Shown: piece after piece, positions 1 through 10,566 of the stretch
How positions within the stretch are numbered: the first letter of the stretch is position 1
How the letters are laid out: each line of letters opens with the position of its first letter
Origin: Geosiphon pyriformis uo1
Taxonomy: Eukaryota; Fungi; Glomeromycota
Length of the DNA: 64,000 nt
NCBI GenBank assembly: GCA_016748015.1
Contig: JAAOMT010000386.1
Location: 3,866-67,865 of the forward strand
Direction: 5' to 3'
The notes under the pieces: generated by a model
The model's database searches: none
What the model was told of the DNA's origin: nothing
Seen by the model: only the letters and a program-made list of their open reading frames with translations
Made by a program: the position numbers and the translations under genes

Positions 1-591
1 AAATAGGATAATACTCCTTGTTTGACTTGTGGAGATATACTTCTGGAAGAATACAATTGGATTAATATAGCCATAAGAGGAGGAGTCTGCGATCAGACCT
101 GCCAATATGCTTTATCAATTTCAGAAAAAGTAAAAAGAGGAACACTCTTTAATGCAGCATACAACAGTGCTTTTAACAAACTTTATCACTACCCCCATAA
201 TGCTGAGATGATTTTTGACTTAGCAATGGCATTAATTAATGGAGCTACCAAAGAAGATGTTTATCAAATAAAAGAAGCAAAATACATTGAATACACCATG
301 GAATTAGCTGGATTTGATTACAAAGACGAAGTAGAAGTCTACCACCAAATTGCAAGTCACACCTATCCAACCCAAGAAGCTCAAATTCAACAATTAGAGC
401 AAATGAACATTAGGCTATGTGAAGAATGCATTATGCTTTGTGATAAACAGTGGTGTCCTGAATACTACACTCTTAGTATCCTCTTGCTCAGCGAAAATGA
501 TGAGAACAAAATTGAATTTGGAGAACCTGAAGCAATGGAAGAAATTGAAACAACACCTATCTATCTTATCAAAAATCAGTTTGCCTTATAA

Positions 592-1020
592 CTTAAATAC
601 TTCAACAACAACAGACAAGGAATAAAACCTAAAAAAGCACACGAAATTGATGCTGGATATGATCTAAGATATCCAGGCAAGGATACTCTTGTTCTCAAAC
701 CCAAATCTTTTACAAAAATCAACTTCAAAATTGCACTCAAAATCCCACCAGGAGCAATGATTCAAATCACCTCCCGGTCCTCTCTGGCAAGCAAAGGAAT
801 CAATGTCAGAGGAGGAATAATCAATGCTGGATATACTGGAGACATTACAGTGATGCTTCAAAATGAAATTAACAAACCATTTAAGATCAAACATGCTGAA
901 AAAATTGCCCAAGCTATTTACCTACCCTTAATTAACATTTCGGGTTTGCAACTAGTCAATCAAAAAAAACAATTAGGAAAAAGCAATAGAGAAACCCAAG
1001 GTTTTGGTTCAACTGGACGA
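592..1020 (+). pseudogene. dUTPase domain of gypsy A pol
   Basis: All five trimeric dUTPase motifs: DAGYDL, SRSSLA, GGII(N)AGYTG, KIAQ, RETQGFGSTG. Confidence 0.92.
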
Positions 1021-1479
1021 TTCACAGTTCCAGTTAATATAGCTCTTAACACACAAAACAAATCCCACCAGATTCTCAGACTTCTACAACTGATTACCAT
1101 CTCACCCTTTGGAAAACATCCTGAAATCTACACCTGTCCAATGCCAACAACCACACAACAAATTTTTGAGTCCAATGAACAAATCTGCTTGGAACATAAT
1201 ATTTCAATTCTAAACATTTATATTCCAGAAGAAACAAAAAAAGTCTGAGTTATTTTTTACAACCCCAATAATTACCCCATAATTTTATTAAATAATTTAG
1301 AAATTGGAGTTATTCACAGTAATATATTTCAACAAGAATTACCCCAAACAGTCCTCAATTTCTCTGAAATTATTGGACATTCACTACCAAAAATCAATCT
1401 AAACTCCAGCTCCAAAAACTACCATGTTGTTATAGAAAAACTATCTCGAATCAACATGAAACAACTTGAACCATAACAA

Positions 1480-2859
1480 CAGACCCAGCTCAAAAAGTTA
1501 ATTGCAGAATTTGCCAATATCTTTGCTAAAAACAACAATGACTTAAGAAGAACCAATTTGGTTCAACACCAAATTTATATAGGAAATGCCAAACTAAGAA
1601 GACAACAAGCATATCGAGTTGCTCCAGAAAGCCACCAATTCATCTGAGAAGAAGTACAACAAATGCTTAACAATAGGATTATCCAACCCTCTATGAGTCC
1701 TTGGGCTTCACCTGTAGTGCTAGTTAAAAAGAAAAATGGAAAGATCCGATTTTGTGTTGACTATCAACAACTCAACAGTATTACAATTGAAGACGCCTAC
1801 TCTCTTCTCCAGATTGATGACATGTTAGATGCCCTTGGAAAATCCAAATACTTTTCAACACTAGATTTAGAAAGCGGTTACTGGCAAGTTGCTATGGATC
1901 CCAAAGATCGCCCCAAAACAGCATTCACCACCCAAGGCAGAAATTACGAGTTCAATGTAATGCCTTTTGGATTATGCAATGCACCAGCAATGTTTCAGAG
2001 ATTAATGGATGTTGTGTACCAAAGACTTCTTTAGAAGTCAGTAGTCATTTATCTTGACAATACTGATGTTTATTCTCTATTGTTTGAATTACACTTAAAA
2101 CACCTGCGAGAAGTTTTTCAACGATTACGAAAAGCAGAACTAAAACTCAATATCAAAAAATGCTACTTTGGAAAAACAAGCCTGGCCTTCCTTGGTCATA
2201 TTGTTAGTAAAGATGGAATCAAACCAGACCCTGGAAAAATCAGCATTGTCAAAAACTTCAAAACTCCTCAAAACACTACAGAACTAAGAAGATTCATAGG
2301 ATTAACATCCTACTATCGGAAGTTTATCAAAGAATTTTTGGAAATTGCAAAACCCCTCAACCAGCTCACTACCAAAAACGTTGAATACAAATAGACTACT
2401 GAACACCAAAAAGCTTTTGAAATTCTCAAAGAAAAACTGACAACAGCTCCAATTCTCACCTACCCGGATTTCAGCAACCAATTTCAACTAGCTACAGATG
2501 CTTTGTATACTGCTTTTGGTGCCATCTTATCACAACTAGATGACAACAAAAATGAGCAAGTAATTGCTTATGCTAATAGAACATTAAAACCAGCTGAGAA
2601 AAACTACTCTGCCACAGAACTAGAAACAGCAGCCATAATTTGGGCCCTACACCACTTCAACCTTTATCTCAGACCTAAAAAATTTGATATTATCACTGAT
2701 AATATTGGACTCAAATGGCTTCAGAACAAAAATACTCAGCTGAATGCAAAACAAACCCGATAGACAGGATTTTTAGCAAACTATTGATACATAGTACATC
2801 ACAAACCAGGAAAACTCCACACTAATGTTGACTGTCTCTCCAGAATGAGACAAGATTAG
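1480..2859 (+). pseudogene. Reverse transcriptase-RNase H of gypsy A
   Basis: ORF pieces 1663-2034, 2080-2394 and 2503-2763 are in one frame and broken by TGG>TAG and CGA>TGA type stops. The frame ends NVDCLSRMRQD* (TAG 2857-2859). Confidence 0.92.
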
Positions 2860-2910
2860 AAAACACAAAAACCAACACTCAACTTAACCAACCAAAAGAG
2901 CCAACAAACA

Positions 2911-3785
2911 ATGAATTCAGAAAACTACAACAATCTCAAACAATATTTGGAAACATTAACAATCCCAACAGATTGGTCTCCAGATGAAAAACATCAGCTA
3001 CAACAACAAGCCAAACAATATTTTCTACACAACAACATTATTTATTATCGAAATTTCAAAAACCCAAACAAATCACTCAGATTAATACAAGAACAGAAGA
3101 AAGAGACCATATTATACAACATGCATTCAGATCCTTCATCAGCACACTTCGGAAAAGATAGCACCACCCAAAGAACACTAGAATACTACTTTTGGCCTCG
3201 AATGAGAAAAGACATTCACAAATATGTCGAATCTTGTGATAGTTGTCAAAGAAGAGGAGAAACATGCCCTACTGAACCATTAAATTCAATCAAAGTTGGA
3301 CAACCTTTTGACCGAGTTGGTTTCAATTTAGTCAGACCACTATCTATCACCACTTAAAAAAACTGTTATATTGCAGTAGCTGTAGACTATTTTACTAAAT
3401 GGCCCAAAGCCAGAGCCATTCAATGAGCAGATGCAAAATCAATAGCAAATTTTATTTATGAAGACATCATTTATAGACATGAATGTCCAATTGAACTTTT
3501 ATCTAATCAGGGGACACATTTTGTGAACAACCTAATACAAAAAATTTGCGAATGATTCAATGTTAAAAGACCTCTGTCTTCACCCTACCATCCACAAACA
3601 AATGGACTTGTGGAATGTTTTAACAGAACATTATGTGAGTCATTAGCCAAAGTCTCAACCACTTTTGAGCAAGATTGGGATATCTTTATTCCATTAGTGT
3701 TACTAGCATACAGAACACTAAAACAAGATACCACAAAACACACACCATTTGATTTAACTTATGGAAGGACAGCAATATTACCCAG
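2911..3785 (+). pseudogene. Integrase of gypsy A (own ATG at 2911, 3' truncated)
   Basis: HSDPSSAHFG...CDSCQR zinc finger, PFDRVG, DYFTKWP, S(N)QGTHF, PYHPQTNGLVE, TPFDLTYGR. Confidence 0.9.
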
Positions 3786-5565
3786 ATATTTGTATAGTAT
3801 ACTACTTTTGGTAATTGTAATAAGCAATTTACTAATTTTCAAAGAAGCATTCTTAACTTTTCTATTAATAGTAATAGTCACAGTTTTGTTATTGTTAATT
3901 AAGATATTGTTAATTAAAAAAAATTTACTGGCAATGTTTAATATATACTAAGTAACAGTCTGGCTATTTCTAATCCAAATAGTATTATCAACAAAAGCAC
4001 CAGTTACAAAAAATAAAGTCATTTTTTTTATGTTTTCTACCCTTTTGTTTTAGCCACAAATCTGGTATCAATTTGGTATCTACACAAATGTTTCTGTTTT
4101 TTAACTTTACACAAAAAAAGTTTATAGAAAATTTTTTAAAAAAAGGAAGAGAATATCTTATCTTGATTGAGTCTATTATGTATTTTATAATTATTTATAA
4201 AGCCAAAATCTGTCATAACTCTATTTAATCCATTTTTATAAATGTTACCAAAAAAACTGATGAATTTTTTACACATCTTGATTCATTGCAAACTTGCTTT
4301 TAAATAGTGCCAACTAACTAAGTCATATGTCTTATATATGTTTTGCAAAACCAACCAAATTTTTTTATTCTTTTTTAGAGCATCTTTAATTACCAATTCA
4401 ACAGCAAAAATAGAAGATTGTATTGAAGTGCCTTTTAAAACTGAAAAGTTGTCTTTGCAAAAAACACCAAACTTGCCACAAACAAAAAAAATCCGATTTA
4501 AGAAAATTTTGAAAAGAATTTTCTGAGCAGTTTCAATTAACACAATAAGACAAATATTGGTTAAAATTTTATCTTACTCATAAGACTTAAGTATTATTAA
4601 AACTATACTTTTTTCCATAGAACTGAAACAGTATTCAGAATTAAACATGAATTCAAGAAACTTAAAAGACACTTGAAAATATCATCATCAAAATGCTTTT
4701 ACAATTTATTAAAGATGCTACTCAGACCAGCAGTTTTCTTATCTGATAGATTTTTGATCATTTTAACTAACTCTTCAAAACTAATAACATTCATAATATT
4801 TGAAAAAACACTGTTTTTTATATAGCATAAAAAAACATATTGGTTAACTCAAAGCTCAAGCAGAGCTTCAAAAACCACTTGCTTTTTGGTATAATTCTTT
4901 ATGATTGCATTTATCTTAAATTTAACATTAGTAGATTTTAATACCAGTTTATTATCAACTATTAAATAGTCCAGCACAATTTTATAAAACAATTTATTTA
5001 ATATACTTTTAATTATATGGTCTTTATCTGAGCAAAAATTTTTTATTCTTTTATTAATGACATATCTTATAGCAGCAGTTTTAGCAGTTTTGTATTCATG
5101 TATTTTGGATTTATAGTAATTTTTTTTAAATTTAAACAAACAACTAAAAATGTTTGTAGATCTAACACTATTCTAAATTATGCTTTGCACTTCAAGAGTC
5201 ATATTTCTATTAATAACCAATTAAGTGTGAAGCAAAAAGTCAGTTTAAAACATATAACCAAACCTGAAAAATTTCACAACTTTGACAACCAGCAATTTCA
5301 ATTTAAAAAATCTAGATGACTGCTTGCTAAAAACACATTTGGCTTTACTGTATCAATATTTAGAAAATATTTTTTCAGCCAAATCTGTCATTATTTCTTT
5401 TAACAAATCTCATATAACATCTAAATTTTTACCAATTTTCATCTTCAAAAATTTATTTACTATTCTCAAAAGCTTAATAAAAGAGAACTCTTTAAAATAA
5501 ATTTATTTAATACTATTTACATTAATAATTTTAAATTTTCAATAATTCTTGTTAACTTGTTTGTA

Positions 5566-6919
5566 CAGGGGGATATAAAAAGTATTGAATACTTAATATA
5601 ATATATAAAAAAAGCTATATATAGTAATACTATTACTAATTTAAGCCTTAATTTTTTTTATAATTACTTATAGTTATAATTTACAAATCAACATAAATTG
5701 TATCCTTGTAAAACACAATAGTGAATCATATACATATATATAAAATATCAAATATTTTTGTCATAAAAAAATTTACCACATCAAATATGTCTTGAAAAAA
5801 AACTTTTTGAATACCAAAAAAGAGGGATTATTTCTGCAATAAAGTTAGAACATACAAACAATGAGATTTCTATGACTATTGAATGTTCACGTTCTTCTGT
5901 AATACATGTATGAAAGTCATATGAGCTAAAAAAACTTCCTAAAAAATGAATGGGCTGACCACAAATTCTTGACAAATATGCATGTAAACAACTCAAATAT
6001 TCAATAATAGAGAATAAAAAAACCTATTGTCAAACTTTTTCTTAAATACAATTGAATTTTATTAAAGATACCAACAAATCTATTTCTATACAAACTATTC
6101 GAAATGGATTAGCTCAAAAAGGACTTTGCTCATGCATTCCTTGTTTCAAGTCATTAATTTCTAAATCAAATAAAAAAAACATTTACAATAGGCTTATACT
6201 TATGAAAATTGGACAGTAGAAGATTTTAAACAAGTTGTTTAATCAGATAAATCTATATATATACAATTTAAGACTACAGAATTTGGATATGTATGGGGTA
6301 AACCTTCTAAAGAGTTTCATAAAGATTGTATTGCAGTCACAGTTAGAAAAAGCTTTGGTCATATGTTTTAGAGATGTTTTTTATGAATTGGTTTGGGTTC
6401 TTTAGTTTCTTTGGTTGGTCATATTATTGGAGTTATATATCATGAAATCTTGGCTAATTATGCAATTTCTATGGTAAAATGTCATGCAAAAAAAACTAAA
6501 AAAAAGTTTTTTTTTCAGGAAGACAATGCATCAATTCACACATCAAAAGTTGCGTGTTCTTTTCTTACTTCTTCAAATATTGAATTACTTTCTTGGCCAG
6601 CACAAAGTTCTAATATTACTTCAATAGAAAATTTTTGGTTATATATTAAAGTTAAAATTCATCAACTTAATTCACAACTCTTAAATATTGTACAATTGGA
6701 ACAGTGGGTTAAGGAAAAATAGGATGCAATATCTGTAAATTACTATTGTAATTTGATCAAGTCTATGCCACATCAAATTCAAGCTATTTTTAAAACAAAT
6801 GGGGGTCAAACAAAATACTAACATGTATTTTAATATAATAATAAAAAATTAACAATTTATAAGTTAGTTCTTTTATATAACATATTATAAAAGTGTCCAA
6901 TACTTTTTATTCTCTTCTG
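5566..6919 (+). mobile_element. Tc1-like DNA transposon 1 inserted in LINE1 ORF2
   Basis: 29-bp imperfect TIRs (cagggggatataaaaagtattgaatactt / aagtgtccaatactttttattctcttctg) and TA TSD at 5564-5565 and 6920-6921. Removal restores the LINE frame LNSIYKQVN. Confidence 0.9.
5787..6821 (+). pseudogene. Tc1-family DD34E transposase, decayed
   Basis: VV*SDKS (WSDES-like), FQEDNASIHTS...WPAQSSNITSIENFW with 34 residues between D and E, and a C-terminal GGQTKY*. Confidence 0.88.
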
Positions 6920-9900
6920 TATATGCTGTTTAAACAAATATTCAAAAGATCACTTAATTCAATTGACATTATGATGGCCTAGTAATCTGTATTAAAAAAA
7001 TCAAAAATAAGATCAATACTATGGTCAGCAACTACAGAAGACAAACAATTATTAATGAAAATATAATCTATAACCTTTTTAATCCCTTTTATATTGTTTT
7101 AAGTAAAAATCTTGACCAATAGATGCTTACCCAACAAGTTGGCCAAACTTAAGCTTAAACAAAATCTGAAACTTGCATATTTTTTAGACTCATCTTTATT
7201 AAAATTACCATTCAAAATAACAAAAAAAAACTTATTTAGGGCCTTAGCAATTAATGAGTTAATCTTGTTAACTTAAACCAACTGTATTGTTAGTGTAGCT
7301 TTAATATAAAATCCCAAAATTGAAACAGAAATCTTATTTTTAAAAAACAACTTGATAGACAAAAGCTGGCCAGTTATCTTAAAAACTTTGTACACATGTT
7401 TTGCCAGAACAATATTTATAATAATTACAATACCAAAACTCAAATAACCAAAGTTCAGACCAGAAATAAATACACAAACATTATTGAATCTATTAGCAAT
7501 CCATAAATGACTCCTCTTTTTTAATTTTGTTTTAGTCACAATAGAAATTAAATTATTTATATTTTTGTGCCAATAAATAATATCTGTTTGCTTAATAAGA
7601 TTGTTTATACTTTTAATATTGCACATAGCTATTTTCCAAATAAAATTAGTCATTAAGAAAAACAATCATCAAAATTCAAACCAATATTGTTTATTTTGGC
7701 TATTAGACTTATAATTATGTCTGACAAATTGTCTATGTTTCTTTTTAATTTTAAGACAACTAATAAATCAAAAACCACTGCTTTTACAACATTTCTGCCA
7801 CTAGTAGCTACATTTAAACTCTCACTTATTACTATATCTGTCTCTTAATTCTGTAACAAAAGAGTTAATAACAGTTAATATTTAAGACTAGACTGAGAAA
7901 CTATTGGTTTAAGTGTATCTAACTTCTTAACCAGTTCACTAATCTGCTTTATAAGGCTAGCAAAACTGCACTCAAGAATGACAAACTTACTATTTATTTC
8001 TTTAAAAACTGATAGAATAGGCTTTACTTTCAAAGAAAAGTCAGAATTCAATAAACTATTACATATAAAAAAAGAAAAAAAAAATTACCAACAATTTTTG
8101 CCCAAGAAACATCACCAAAAGTAACCAGATAAATAATAAAAGCAAAACATTTGGCATAAATAGTAGCCAATCTGCTTTTATTTGTGTTCAAAAAAAAATC
8201 TTGTAAGAGGAATTACCAAAAAAAAAATTTTTACTTATAGAACAGCCCAATAATATTCTCATATTTTGTATACTTGGCAAAATTCAGATAAGATCAGTGT
8301 AAATTAATGTTTTTTAATACTGACATGGTTTTTATAATAGCATTAAGTAACTTTACTGAATTGAAGCAAACAATAGCATATTTGAATTGGGCATATGTAA
8401 CTAAGTATTAATTAATAACATATATTTTTTCACCAATTGATCTAGATGTTATAAGCATCTGTTTTTATTGGCAATATATAGAGCAGTATTTTATTACAGT
8501 TCTTTGCATTTCATAAATTTTTGTTTTTATCAGCCTTTGTTATATGTACAGTATTCTTCCCAATAAGAATAAACTATTTTGCCATAACCAAATCAGCATG
8601 CTCTATTTGCTTAAACTTAACTATAGCTTTTTGTTATATTCTTATCAACTGCATCTTAATTAACTTAATTATACCAAACTCAAATAATACAACATATATA
8701 GCCTCAGCTAATGTTTTAATTAGAATTTTTTTTATCACTACAGCTTAATTTGAATGTTTAGTAAACATCTTAAGATTGGTGTTTACCAGAATTTTTACTC
8801 TTTTAGTCTTATCAGTAGCCTGTTCTAAACTTGATTTAGAAATAAATATTACTCTAATAATTTCAGCAAATTTTAAGAAAGTGAATGTTTTCTTAAAACT
8901 ATTAATTTCTGAAAACAGTTTTCTAATCACTGCATATTTCTCCTAAAATGTTTTTTCAACAATCTTATCTAATCTAATATTTAGAGCAAAAGACTTTCTA
9001 ACAAGAATATTAACCAGAATTTTGAGAAAAAAAAAAGCATTAAAGGAAATTCAATAGAATATTATCATCATTACTCAAGAAATTTATTTTTTTTAATGGC
9101 TTTTCTAAGACTTTTTTGATATTTACTCATGAATTTTTTGGTGTTTGATTCGAATTTTCTTTAACAAAAGTGTTTTTTTTATTATAGTCAATACCAATTT
9201 TCTTGACCAGATATTTTTTTTTATGTCAACACTATCAGATTTAATAGTATTATTAGCTTTTGAGTCTTATAAATAACTACCAAATCCTTTAACAGAAATT
9301 TTATTATTATTAATACTGTTTTTTAAACATTACCTCTTTTTTTTGATAAAATAGGTTTGATAATAATACCAGTACCAGAATCTTTAATAATCTTCTTTAT
9401 AACAGTAATACAAGAGCCAACAGTAGCCTTATAATTGAGCAGAAACAGTTTGGATTTATTGTACTGAATAATTAAAACTTCTTTTCAATAAATATACTTT
9501 TTTAGTAAATTTAGAATATAAAAGAAAAAAAAAAGTTTTAAATTTATTGTTTAAATTTTTGCTATTATATTTACAAAATTATAAAATTGATAATAATTAA
9601 TTTATTGCTTAAATTTTTTATAATATTTTGTTTTTATAAAGTTAGAATTGACTGATTTTTTTAAATTGTATTTAATTTTTTTAAAAATATTTGTATAATA
9701 ATTTTACGAATTTTAGATAATTAGTTCTTGTAAATTTTGTTTTGTTATTTTTATTAATTAAATTTAATAATAATTTTGTTTTTTGTAAATTATATTTTAC
9801 AAAAAACAGCAAATATTATAGATAGTTAGATAATATATTAATATATAAATTAATAGTTTTATGTTGTTAATTAATTTAAAGATTTTAGTTTATTTAAAGA

Positions 9901-10566
9901 TTTTAATAATTGAATTTTTTGTATAAATAAATAAAAATTTAATAATAATAATAGATAATACTTGGTTTTTAATTTTTTTTACATAATAATTGGTTTATTT
10001 TAAAGTTTTTTTCTTTCTAGTAAATAATTTAATTAATTAATTTTATGTCTATTTCTGTATTTTATTAAATAATTTTTAATAATATAATTTTACTTTTTTT
10101 TTAATTAATTAGTAAATAAAAACAAAACAAAAAAATATAAATTAATATTTTATTAATAGCTATTGTTTTAATATAATTAATAATATTGCTTTGATACTAT
10201 TAATATCAAATTAAAAATAAGTAACTTTTAACAAGATAAATATAAATTTATAAAAAATTAAATATAAAATAATTTGAATAATAATTTTATTTAGATAAAT
10301 GTTTAAAGTATTATATTTTAAACTGTTAAAATTATTTGAATAAAAATAAATTGAACTTGTTGTTTTTTTCTGTTTTTATAGTTAATATTATATTTATATA
10401 AACTTTATAATATGAAATTTTTAAAATTCTTAATAAATCTTATATTTTTTTTAAATTATTACTAAATTTTTTGGTATTTTTATTAATATTTTTAGAATTT
10501 TTAATATTATTTATTTTAATAATTTATATTATATTATTGGCTAATTATTTTATATTTTATTTACTA

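Larger units (their letters stand above)
1..3785 (+). mobile_element. Ty3/gypsy LTR retrotransposon copy A (internal part; 5' runs off the window, 3' truncated inside integrase)
   Basis: Colinear Cys-rich domain, dUTPase, RT (SPWASPVVLVKKK, RFCVDY, FSTLDLESGYWQV, VMPFGLCNAP, YLDN for YLDD), RNase H (ATDA..AFGAILSQ, NYSATELE) and integrase (H..H..C..C, rve core). RT-RH-IN order is Ty3/gypsy. Many premature stops. Confidence 0.95.
3782..9470 (-). mobile_element. LINE1: degraded APE/RT non-LTR retrotransposon, 3' truncated in RT, interrupted by a Tc1 element
   Basis: Minus-strand remnants are colinear with LINE3: ORF1 (~9430-7650) and ORF2 start MTNFIWKIAMCNIKSINN (7653). RT motifs LIETAQKILFKI, LQNIYKTYDLVSW, GAFVDNTIW, ending at KYLG (3782). 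Confidence 0.85.

Noticed and set aside
3610-3951. ORF with a hydrophobic C-terminal half resembling an env or membrane anchor on integrase
   Set aside because: Chimeric: integrase sequence runs into the antisense strand of LINE1 RT at ~3785.
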